DNA from: Candidatus Krumholzibacteriia bacterium
GTDB lineage: Bacteria > Krumholzibacteriota > Krumholzibacteriia > LZORAL124-64-63
Assembly (NCBI GenBank): GCA_036351155.1
Contig: JAZBOO010000367.1
Location: 1 to 22,630 of the forward strand
Reading direction: 5' to 3'
Length of the DNA: 22,630 nucleotides
Below, piece by piece: positions 15,002 to 22,630 of this stretch (position 1 is its first letter; each line of letters begins with the position of its first letter). Position numbers and translations under genes: made by a program. The notes beneath the pieces are model-generated. The model searched no databases, was not told where the DNA came from, and worked only from the letters and a program-made list of their open reading frames with translations.

Positions 15002-15832
15002 ATGATGAATCTCCACCTTTTAGCCGGATCCCGGCGCTGGCCAGGCCTGATCCTGGCCCTGGCCTGCTGGCTGATACCTGTCTTCGCCACGGGTTCCCTT
15101 CCCCCCGGGGAGCCCACCTTCTTCGCCGGCAATCCTTCCACCCGGCAGCTGGCCTTTCGCTATGCGGTGGGGCTGAAAGCGCTGGGGTGGGCCGATCAAT
15201 CCACCGGCGTGTATGGACTGTTCGGTCAGCGTTCCTTCTGGTACCTGGACAACGAGGATCGCGGCTACACCGTGGAGAACAACTTTTCCCCCGAGGTTTT
15301 ACTGCTGATCGATGGTGATCACCTGCGGCAGGTTTTCGGCCGGTGGCCCCGCAGGCTATACCTGGGGGCCAGCTACTCCCATCATTCCAACGGCATTGAC
15401 GGCGATCTTTCGCGCAGCTGGAACCACGCCAATGGGGCAGTTTTCCTGGGGCAGCCCGACCACGATGAATGGAGTGCCGGTTTGAAAACCTGGCTGCCCT
15501 TCAACGTGGAACAGGGCAACGAAGACATCGCCCGCTATGCCGGCCATGGGCAATTCCACCTGGCCTGGCACCCGGTTCAGGACCTCCGCTGGCTGGGACG
15601 CACCCGGATCTTCCTGGCTTCACGCTTCAGCTTCGATCATTTCGGGGGAGGATTTTTCACGAATCTGGAAGCGGACCTGAGCTTTGCGCCGTCCTGGCTG
15701 GGGCGCCCTCCGTTTCCTCGTGGTGAGCCGCGTTTCGCCCTCTTCCTGCAATGGTTTGTGGGCAAGGGCGAATCCCTGATCACCTACCGCCAGCACCAGA
15801 ATACCCTGCGGTTAGGGCTGAGCCTGTGGTGA
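15002..15832 (+). CDS. pldA: Outer membrane phospholipase A (OMPLA family), divergent
   Basis: Catalytic HHSNG (HxSNG) followed by SRSWN; FGQRSFW, ENNFSPE and GKGESLITY (~GYGESLIDY); signal peptide; terminal aromatic strand LRLGLSLW. Confidence 0.85.
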   Translation: MMNLHLLAGSRRWPGLILALACWLIPVFATGSLPPGEPTFFAGNPSTRQLAFRYAVGLKALGWADQSTGVYGLFGQRSFWYLDNEDRGYTVENNFSPEVLLLIDGDHLRQVFGRWPRRLYLGASYSHHSNGIDGDLSRSWNHANGAVFLGQPDHDEWSAGLKTWLPFNVEQGNEDIARYAGHGQFHLAWHPVQDLRWLGRTRIFLASRFSFDHFGGGFFTNLEADLSFAPSWLGRPPFPRGEPRFALFLQWFVGKGESLITYRQHQNTLRLGLSLW

Positions 15833-15842
15833 GGACAGAGCA

Positions 15843-16613
15843 CTAGAACCTGCGATCCTTCAGGAAGGGCAGCCGGGTCCTGACCTCGTTCACCTGGGCC
15901 ATATCCAGGCTGGCCTGAACCAGTCCCTCACGATCTCCCCCATGGGCCAGCGTTTGGCCCATGGGATCGATGATCGCGGTGCCCCCCGTGAAGCCCAGGC
16001 CACCGCCCTCTCCCACCCGGTTGACCCCGATCACGAACTGCTGGTTTTCGATGGCGCGAGCCACCAGCAGCGCGTCCCAGTGGGCTTGCCTGGCTTCGGG
16101 CCAGGAGGCGATCACCACCGCCAATGATGTTTCGACAGCCGTCAGGCGGAACAGTTCGGGAAAGCGCAGATCGTAGCACACGTAACACACGGCCTGGACA
16201 CCCCCCAGGGTGAAGGGCCGCGGCGCGTCTCCTGCCGCATGCGCCTCTTCCTCTCCCAGGATGCCGACCAGGTGGGTCTTGTGATACTCCGCCAGGTCGT
16301 TCCCCTCGGGCCCCACAGCCAGGGCGGCGTTCCAGGCGCGACCACCTTCCGCCTGCCGCACGTAGCCGCCAATCACCGTCACTTCGAAATCGGAGGCCAG
16401 CCGGCGCAAGAAAGTGGGGGTGGGCCCATCGGCGGGTTCCGCAGTCACGGCAGAATTCATGGAAAAACCGGTGGCGAACATCTCTGGCAAGATGATCAGC
16501 TGCGCCCCCCCGGCGGCCGCCTTTTCGGCCCAGCGCCGGGCGTGCTCGTAGTTTGCCGGGCGATCTTCCCAGGCCAGGTCCATCTGGATGGCGGTCACGT
16601 TGAGCTGGGCCAT
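15843..16613 (-). CDS. Carbon-nitrogen hydrolase (nitrilase superfamily, omega-amidase/YafV-like), 256 aa
   Basis: Glu-Lys-Cys triad motifs LPEMFATGF, YHKTHL and VCYDLRFPE; ARAIENQ, GVNRVG. Confidence 0.95.
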   Translation of the reverse strand: MAQLNVTAIQMDLAWEDRPANYEHARRWAEKAAAGGAQLIILPEMFATGFSMNSAVTAEPADGPTPTFLRRLASDFEVTVIGGYVRQAEGGRAWNAALAVGPEGNDLAEYHKTHLVGILGEEEAHAAGDAPRPFTLGGVQAVCYVCYDLRFPELFRLTAVETSLAVVIASWPEARQAHWDALLVARAIENQQFVIGVNRVGEGGGLGFTGGTAIIDPMGQTLAHGGDREGLVQASLDMAQVNEVRTRLPFLKDRRF

Positions 16614-16771
16614 GGGCGCTCCTGCGGTCGGGGTTATTCAGGCGGAAACCCCGGGCCAACATGCCAGGAGTGCACCCCACGAGATGATGTTAATACGGGC
16701 CGGAAGGCCGCGTCTACGACACTCCGTCGAGATAACGGAATTTTGACATTCAATACCATCCAGCCGGGTCC

Positions 16772-16800
16772 TTGCGGCCCAAAGAGGATGATTGTACTCT
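16772..16800 (+). promoter_or_regulatory. Candidate sigma70 promoter for the Cys-rich protein gene
   Basis: TTGCGG-N17-TACTCT about 60 nt upstream of ATG 16860. Confidence 0.35.
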
Positions 16801-16859
16801 GGTATTTAGACCGATGCGATTGACCACTGTGCACTTTCTGGTCCCGAGGAGAAATAGAC

Positions 16860-17456
16860 ATGAAGAAGATTCTGATTTTGACCGGCATCATGGTTCTGGC
16901 ACTGGGTGCCTTCAGCGTGGCTTCGGCCAACGCCTGCGAGAAGACCAAGGCGGCCAGCGCCAGCTCCAGCTGCACCAAGAGCGCCGAGGCCAAGCAGGCC
17001 AGCGCGAGCGGTTGCGACACCAAGGCCAGCTGCGACACCCAGAAGGCTTCCTACGCCAAGGCCGGCTGCGATGCCAAGAAGGCCTCATACGCCAAGGCCG
17101 GCTGTTGCCCCGCCACCGAGGCCAAGGCCGCTTACGCCAGCGTGATGGAGACCAAGGGCTGCGAGTCCAGCGCCAAGGCTGCCTTCGCCAACACCATGGC
17201 TGAAGCCGCTTTCGCCAACGCCCTGGCCGAAACTCACTGTGAAGCCACCGCCGCCAAGGCCACCTACACCTACGTGAAGGAGCAGACCGGTTGCTCGGCC
17301 ACCGCCGCTTCGGCCTACAAGCACGCCATGGCCAAGAGTGCGCATGACAAGTCCCTGAGCGAGACGGGCTGTGCCAAGACCGCCGAGGCTGCGTACAACA
17401 AGATGGCCCAGTCGGCCGCCGCGGATATCGAGAAGCTGGAGAAGGGAAACAGCTGA
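16860..17456 (+). CDS. Secreted Ala/Lys-rich protein with periodic cysteines, function unknown (198 aa)
   Basis: GAGGAG SD; signal peptide MKKILILTGIMVLALGAFSVASANA; strongly biased codons (GCC, AAG, ACC); 11 Cys; own terminator. Confidence 0.88.
   Translation: MKKILILTGIMVLALGAFSVASANACEKTKAASASSSCTKSAEAKQASASGCDTKASCDTQKASYAKAGCDAKKASYAKAGCCPATEAKAAYASVMETKGCESSAKAAFANTMAEAAFANALAETHCEATAAKATYTYVKEQTGCSATAASAYKHAMAKSAHDKSLSETGCAKTAEAAYNKMAQSAAADIEKLEKGNS
17031..17102 (+). repeat. Imperfect 36-bp (12-aa) tandem duplication CDTQKASYAKAG / CDAKKASYAKAG
   Basis: Visible in both DNA and protein. Confidence 0.9.
17106..17405 (+). repeat. 44-aa protein-level tandem repeat, two copies plus a partial third
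   Basis: CPATEAKAAYASVMETKGCESSAKAAFANTMAEAAFANALAETH / CEATAAKATYTYVKEQTGCSATAASAYKHAMAKSAHDKSLSETG / CAKTAEAAYNKM; Cys spacing 18-26-18-26. Confidence 0.85.
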
Positions 17457-17483
17457 TCCAGATCTCGCCCGCGCGATCAATGC

Positions 17484-17517
17484 AAAAGCGCCTGGTCATC
17501 GGACCGGGCGCTTTTTT
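17484..17517. terminator. Bidirectional intrinsic terminator
   Basis: AAAAGCGCCTGGTC-ATCG-GACCGGGCGCTTTTTT between convergent genes. Confidence 0.9.
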
Positions 17518-17560
17518 CTATCGGATTGCCACCCGCAAGGAAGGGGCCGTCAGGGTCTGA

Positions 17561-20164
17561 TCACAGCCCTTCGATCACCACCAGCTGGGAAAGAGTGCGG
17601 CGCACAGAGTAGACATGCGCGTCCCCCTCGGCAGAAATACGGACCCGGTCCAGGGAATTGACCCCGACCCGATCGGTGGGCACCAGCTCACGCCACAGGG
17701 TGCGTTCACCTGTTTCGAGATTCACCAGGAAAATTGGCGCGGGAATACTCCCCATCCCCAGCACGAAACAGTGGGTGCCGTCTCGGTCGAAACCCAGGGG
17801 TAAATCGTCAGCCTCCAGGCCGGGAACAGTCACAGGCCCCTGGCCATCCATGGAAAATGCGACCGGTGCCCCCTCCACCGTCTTGACGATGACCCGCTTT
17901 CCATCGCCCGACACGATGTGGCCACCGCTGGACAGGGGCAGATCCACGGGGGTGACAGCCCGCGGCGCCTTCTCCGAATCCAGGGGAATGGCAAACAGCT
18001 GGGGCGGCCCCTCGTTCTTCCGGCACAGAATCACCAGGTCATCCGGGTCTTCCGGTCCGGCCCCCGCCACCCAGGCCCCTTCACCACGCACCCGCAGGTC
18101 GCCCAGAGGCAAGGTGACGGGTTCTCCCAGGCCAATCGGCGTGAGCACGATTTCCGCATCGGGCTGGAACTTCCTCTTGATGATGGCCACCATTTTCTGA
18201 TCCGGAGAGAGGGCCAGACCCGATCCATATCCCAGGAACAAGGGCGCAGCGCCATCGGTCTGCCGCAGGTAAACCGCGTAGCCCCCCGGCCCGAACTCGT
18301 TCCCCTCCTCGAACAGCAGCAGTTTACCGTCCTCGCCCAGGATGGTGGGCGTGGACCAGTCCAGCCAGCTGAGGTTGGTTTCGGTGGTTGCCCCGGGGGC
18401 CTTGGCAAATATCTCGCGGCGAATGGATGCCGAGGCCGCCAGGAGCTGCCCCGTTGCCGAAACGTCCAGAATTTTCGTCACGTTGGGCGTGCTGAACACC
18501 AACTCGCGCTCTTCCCCGGGCAGGGTCCGGAAGATTCTTCCCCCGCCACTGTGCCACACCCTCTGGCCGTCAGGATCCCAGAGCACCCCCCAGGATCCAC
18601 CCCGGGCCACGTCGGTCACCTCGCCGCCACGGTCCACGATCCTCACCCGAGCCGCGTTGTCTCCCCGACTGGGGTTGTCAGCAAAAACCACCCGCTCCCC
18701 GTCCGGACTCACCCGCAGGGCACTGATCCAGCCCGGAGCGCGGTACAGAACCGTGCCGATGGGGTATTCCAGCTGCACCACGCCGTCCACCTCGCGCGCC
18801 ACCGCCAGAGTTTGCCCATCGGGCGCCCAGTCCGCCCCCATCACGTTGTCCAGGATCTGGCGAGGGGCGGTCCCTCCGCATTGCGCCACCGCCAGGGTCC
18901 CGATGACTTCCCAGCCCAGGGGGTAACGTGGGTTCAGGGAAAGAGCCAGGTCCCCGGTGGAGGAAATACTCAAAAGCTCCACGTTGGTGAAGGACAGCGG
19001 GTCCGTGGTGCGTGAATCGGGCGAGGCGGGGTACAGCTTCAGCGGCTCACCATCCCAGGTCGCGCTGTACAAGGCCGATCCATCGGTGCCCGTGAAGCGC
19101 GCATTGGTCACCACGCCGCGGCGAGAACTCAGGAAAGAAAAATCGGGAACTCCACGGCTCACCGGCTCCTCCGAAGGCCGCAGGAAGGACCATCCGACCA
19201 CCCCCAGCGCCACTCCCAGCAGCACCAGGCCCGCGATCCACATCACGCCTGGGCGGCGGCGGGGCCCAGAATAATCCGTGATGGCGGCAGCTGTTCCAGT
19301 GGAGACGGTGGAGCGCGACAGGGCCTCCAGGCTGAAGGCCAGATCATGGGCGGAATGGAACCGTTCGGCGGCGGCCTTTTCCAGGCAGCGGCGAATGATG
19401 GCGCCCAGGGCCGGAGGAATATCCGGTGCCAGAGTGACCAGATCAGCCGGCTCTTCCCGGAGGATGGCGGTCATGGTCTCGGGCTGGCTCTCGGACTGGA
19501 AGGGACGCTTGCCGGTCACCATCTCGTAGAGAACGCTACCCAGCGAGAACAGGTCCGACCGGTTGTCCGTGGGCTTGCCTCGCACCTGCTCGGGAGACAT
19601 GTAGTAGACCGTGCCCAGCACCGTGCCCGGCTGGGTCAGGTTGGTGATGGTGGCCTCGATCCTGTCGGCCTCCTGGCCGGCAGACCCGCTGTCACTGGCC
19701 AGCCCGAAATCCAGGATCTTGACCCGCCCGTCACCGGTCAGGAACAGGTTGTCCGGCTTGAGGTCACGGTGGACAATGCCCTTGTCGTGGGCCGCCCCCA
19801 GTCCCCTGGCAATCTGGCGCCCCAGTTCGGTGACCTTGCGGGGCGGCAGGGGGCCCTCGGCCAGGCGTTCACCCAGGGTTTGCCCTTCCAGCAGTTCGGT
19901 CACCAGGAAGGCGGTGCCCTCCTCGATCTGAAAATCGAACACGGCCAGGATGTTGGGATGGGACAGGGCGGCGATGGCCTTGGCCTCCCGTTCCATCCGG
20001 GCCAGGTTCATGGCGTTCTGGGCCAGCGATTCGGGCAGGACCTTGATGGCCACATCGCGATCCAGGTTCTTGTCCCGAGCGCGATACACCTCACCCATGC
20101 CTCCGGCTCCGATGGCCTCGAGGATTTCGTAATGGCGGAGTCGGGTGCCTGGTTGGAGTGACAT
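17561..20164 (-). CDS. Hanks-type Ser/Thr protein kinase with one TM helix and C-terminal TolB/WD40-like beta-propeller region (867 aa)
   Basis: GAGGMGEVY, VAIK, HRDLKPDN, DFGLA, YMSPEQ, SDLFSLG; TM VMWIAGLVLLGVALGVVGWSFL; propeller turns WAPDG, VSPDG, WDPDG, LSPDQ. Start moved to ATG 20164 (MSLQPGTRLRHYEI), the usual N-terminus for this family. Confidence 0.95.
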   Translation of the reverse strand: MSLQPGTRLRHYEILEAIGAGGMGEVYRARDKNLDRDVAIKVLPESLAQNAMNLARMEREAKAIAALSHPNILAVFDFQIEEGTAFLVTELLEGQTLGERLAEGPLPPRKVTELGRQIARGLGAAHDKGIVHRDLKPDNLFLTGDGRVKILDFGLASDSGSAGQEADRIEATITNLTQPGTVLGTVYYMSPEQVRGKPTDNRSDLFSLGSVLYEMVTGKRPFQSESQPETMTAILREEPADLVTLAPDIPPALGAIIRRCLEKAAAERFHSAHDLAFSLEALSRSTVSTGTAAAITDYSGPRRRPGVMWIAGLVLLGVALGVVGWSFLRPSEEPVSRGVPDFSFLSSRRGVVTNARFTGTDGSALYSATWDGEPLKLYPASPDSRTTDPLSFTNVELLSISSTGDLALSLNPRYPLGWEVIGTLAVAQCGGTAPRQILDNVMGADWAPDGQTLAVAREVDGVVQLEYPIGTVLYRAPGWISALRVSPDGERVVFADNPSRGDNAARVRIVDRGGEVTDVARGGSWGVLWDPDGQRVWHSGGGRIFRTLPGEERELVFSTPNVTKILDVSATGQLLAASASIRREIFAKAPGATTETNLSWLDWSTPTILGEDGKLLLFEEGNEFGPGGYAVYLRQTDGAAPLFLGYGSGLALSPDQKMVAIIKRKFQPDAEIVLTPIGLGEPVTLPLGDLRVRGEGAWVAGAGPEDPDDLVILCRKNEGPPQLFAIPLDSEKAPRAVTPVDLPLSSGGHIVSGDGKRVIVKTVEGAPVAFSMDGQGPVTVPGLEADDLPLGFDRDGTHCFVLGMGSIPAPIFLVNLETGERTLWRELVPTDRVGVNSLDRVRISAEGDAHVYSVRRTLSQLVVIEGL

Positions 20165-20174
20165 GAGGTACAGG

Positions 20175-20202
20175 AGTTTAACCCCAAAACCCAGAAAAAC
20201 AA
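20175..20202 (-). promoter_or_regulatory. Candidate sigma70 promoter giving a near-leaderless kinase transcript
   Basis: Minus strand TTGTTT-N16-TAAACT, 10 nt before ATG 20164; no SD in between. Confidence 0.35.
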
Positions 20203-20332
20203 GAGGATATCCCTGTTTGGCGACCCCTTTACCTGCAAATTGAAGAGCATTTTCATCTTTTTTGATGTAGATTGGGCCCCGGAATGGGACCGTCATCTCC
20301 CATCGTTTTCATGAGCCTCACCTGGAGTTGTC

Positions 20333-22630
20333 ATGCAGCAAGGTCAAATGCTGGCCCATTATCGTGTGGAAGAGAAGGTTGGTCAGGGCGGCATGGGCGA
20401 GGTTTACCGCGCCCACGACACCGTGCTGGGACGCGATGTGGCATTGAAGATCCTGCCGGTGGAACTGGCCGCCGATCAGGACCGGCTGCAGCGCTTCGAG
20501 CGCGAGGCCAAGGTTCTGGCCTCCCTGAACCATCCCAACATCGCGGCCATCCATGGCTTCGAAAAATCGGACGAGTGCACCTTCCTGGTCATGGAAATGG
20601 TCGAGGGCCAGGATCTGTCCGAACTGCTGAAAAGTGGGCCTCTGCCCATGGACGAGGCCATCGACATTGCCCGTCTGATTGCCGAGGGACTGGAGGAAGC
20701 CCACGAAAAGGGCATCATCCACCGGGACCTGAAGCCGGCCAACATCAAGCGAACCAGCGACGGCAAGGTGAAGATCCTGGATTTTGGCCTGGCCCGGGCC
20801 TTTTCCGGACAGACCGCCGAGGAGGAGCAGGTGGGCAGCGCCCCCACCATGACCTCGCCCATGACCATGGCCGGCACCGTCATGGGGACCGCCGCCTACA
20901 TGAGCCCCGAGCAGGCGCGCGGCAAGGAGGTCGACCGGCGCACCGACATCTGGGCCTTCGGGTTGATCCTGTTCGAGATGGTCTCGGGCCACCGTTTGTT
21001 TGCCGGGGAAACGGCCAGCGACACCCTGGCCGGCATCCTGAAATCCGAGCCCGAATGGGACAAGTTGCCCAAGGATCTGCCCTGGCAGGTGGAGCGCGTG
21101 CTGCGTCGTTGCCTGGCCAAGGATCCGCGCCAGCGTTTGCGCGACATCGGCGAGGCAAGGGTGCGCCTCGAAGACCCCGACGCCGAGTCCGGCCTGTTCT
21201 CCGGTCCGGTGGCCGCCATGGACCTGCCCCCTTCTCGTCAGCGGAACATCTTGCCCTGGGCGGTGGCCGTCGTGTGTCTGGCAGCCGCGGTGTGGTTTGG
21301 TGTGCAAAGCAGCCATTCGGTCCCCCAGCGCCCCATCATGCATGTGGCCATCCCCTCGGCCGAGGAAGCGCAGTTCTACACCGATGGCAGCTTCCCCAGC
21401 CTGCCGGTGGTCTCGCCTGATGGCAAGTACATCGTCTTCGGAGCCAAATCCGAGGGTGACCAGAAGGTACGACTGTATCTGCGTGCCCTGGGCGCCGACC
21501 GGGCGGTGGCCCTCGATGGCACGGAAAACGCCCAGTATCCCTTCTGGTCCCCGGACAGCGAGTGGCTGGGTTTCTTCGACCGGAACGAAGGGCTCAAGAA
21601 GTTGATGGTCAGCGGCGGCCCCACCCAGACCCTGTGCACGGCCACCAATGCCAAAGGGGGGTCCTGGAGCAAGAACGGTGAGATCATCTTTGCTCCCATT
21701 TACAACAGTCCTCTCATGGTGGTTTCCGCCCAGGGAGGAGAGCCCCGCCCCATCACCTCCCTGGAAAATGACACGGGCATGGACTCCCACCGCCATCCCC
21801 AGTTCCTGCCCGATGGCCGGCATTACCTGTACTTTGCGCGGGGCGCCGGCGGCCAGGATTCGGAACTGCGCATGGCCAGCCTGGACAGCGATACTCACCA
21901 GGTGATCATGAAGCTGGATGCGATGGCCCAGTACGCCTCAGGGCACCTGCTGTTCCCGATCAAGGGGAACCTGATGGCCCAGACCTTCGACCCCGATACC
22001 GGTGTTTTGTCCGGCGAACCGGTTCCGGTGGCCGAGGGTGTGATGGATCTGCTCGGAGCGGCCAAGAGCGCCTTTTCTGCTTCGGACGAAGGGACCCTGA
22101 TCTATCTGCGCGGCAAGGATGATGTCCAGGCGCGACTTGTGTGGCTGGACCGCCAGGGCAACGAGATCGAGCAGGTCAGTGACGAAGCCAGCTATGCCAC
22201 GGTTTCCCTTTCCCCGGACAACAAGAAAGCGGCCGTTGCCATCGAAGATCTCCAGGCCGGCACCCGGGAAATCTGGATCGTCGAGATCGCGCGGAATTTC
22301 CGCACCCGTTTCACCAACGACCCCTCCCACGACAACTTTCCCGTCTGGCATCCCTCCGGGCGTGAACTGTTCTTTGCCTCGGACCGTGGCGGGCGCATGG
22401 CCATCTTCAAGAAAACCGTGGGTGGTATTGGAGACCCGGTGCTGGTCCTGGAAGACACCGTGCCGGTGGTGCCCTGGTCGTTCACACCTGACGGTGAAGG
22501 TCTGTTCTACGCTCGGGTCACTCTCGAGGGCGAACTGGACCTGTGGTTTGCCGACCTCACCGGTAAGGACCTTCCCCGGATGCTCAGAGACGGCCCAGGG
22601 AATGAAAGCGCCTGTTCTCTTTCCCCGGAC
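20333..22630 (+). CDS. Second Hanks-type Ser/Thr protein kinase with TM helix and TolB/PD40-like beta-propeller; 3' end outside the window
   Basis: Absent from the ORF track; translated by hand from ATG 20333 (GGAG upstream): MQQGQMLAHYRVEEKVGQGGMGEVYRAHD, VALK, HRDLKPAN, DFGLA, YMSPEQ, DIWAFG, TM ILPWAVAVVCLAAAVWFGV, then VSPDG, PFWSPDS, PQFLPDG, LSPDN, FTPDG. The last codons of the window read SPD in the same frame. Confidence 0.95.
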   Translation, partial: MQQGQMLAHYRVEEKVGQGGMGEVYRAHDTVLGRDVALKILPVELAADQDRLQRFEREAKVLASLNHPNIAAIHGFEKSDECTFLVMEMVEGQDLSELLKSGPLPMDEAIDIARLIAEGLEEAHEKGIIHRDLKPANIKRTSDGKVKILDFGLARAFSGQTAEEEQVGSAPTMTSPMTMAGTVMGTAAYMSPEQARGKEVDRRTDIWAFGLILFEMVSGHRLFAGETASDTLAGILKSEPEWDKLPKDLPWQVERVLRRCLAKDPRQRLRDIGEARVRLEDPDAESGLFSGPVAAMDLPPSRQRNILPWAVAVVCLAAAVWFGVQSSHSVPQRPIMHVAIPSAEEAQFYTDGSFPSLPVVSPDGKYIVFGAKSEGDQKVRLYLRALGADRAVALDGTENAQYPFWSPDSEWLGFFDRNEGLKKLMVSGGPTQTLCTATNAKGGSWSKNGEIIFAPIYNSPLMVVSAQGGEPRPITSLENDTGMDSHRHPQFLPDGRHYLYFARGAGGQDSELRMASLDSDTHQVIMKLDAMAQYASGHLLFPIKGNLMAQTFDPDTGVLSGEPVPVAEGVMDLLGAAKSAFSASDEGTLIYLRGKDDVQARLVWLDRQGNEIEQVSDEASYATVSLSPDNKKAAVAIEDLQAGTREIWIVEIARNFRTRFTNDPSHDNFPVWHPSGRELFFASDRGGRMAIFKKTVGGIGDPVLVLEDTVPVVPWSFTPDGEGLFYARVTLEGELDLWFADLTGKDLPRMLRDGPGNESACSLSPD

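Noticed and set aside
16743..16748. Perfect TTGACA -35 hexamer
   Set aside because: No -10-like hexamer at 16-18 nt spacing.
17031..17405. CRISPR or mobile-element interpretation of the repeats
   Set aside because: Repeats are in-frame, degenerate at synonymous positions and lack spacers; no cas, transposase or integrase gene is in the window.
20165..20296. 44-aa N-terminal extension of the first kinase in the ORF track
   Set aside because: AT-rich promoter-like spacer; the family N-terminus begins at ATG 20164.
20272..21898. 382-aa + strand ORF and 526-aa - strand ORF
   Set aside because: Off-frame and antisense shadows of the kinase starting at 20333, which the track omits because it has no stop in the window.

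Overview
GC-rich (roughly 60-65% by eye) diderm bacterial chromosome segment with no mobile element, CRISPR array, rRNA or tRNA. One C-terminal protein motif hints at the Krumholzibacteria/Latescibacteria/Eisenbacteria group (inference only). Order of features: a CheB-CheR(-PAS) fusion running off the left edge; a ~300-nt structured intergenic RNA candidate with its own promoter and terminator, carrying a 14-nt perfect complement of the 16S rRNA 3' end; an operon of ECF sigma factor, FecR-type anti-sigma and a divergent PPDK-like phosphotransferase whose pyruvate-binding barrel is replaced by an unrecognised domain; divergently, a secreted acidic protein and a small outer-membrane beta-barrel; a TolC-MFP-RND efflux operon ending in an encapsulin-type ferritin with no cargo peptide; outer-membrane phospholipase A; a carbon-nitrogen hydrolase; a secreted Cys-periodic repeat protein; and two head-to-head membrane Ser/Thr kinases with beta-propeller domains, the second running off the right edge. 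The best novelty candidates lie at 2.1-8.7 kb: the structured RNA, the atypical dikinase and the ECF module. All calls come from reading the sequence by eye; no database search or folding program was run.
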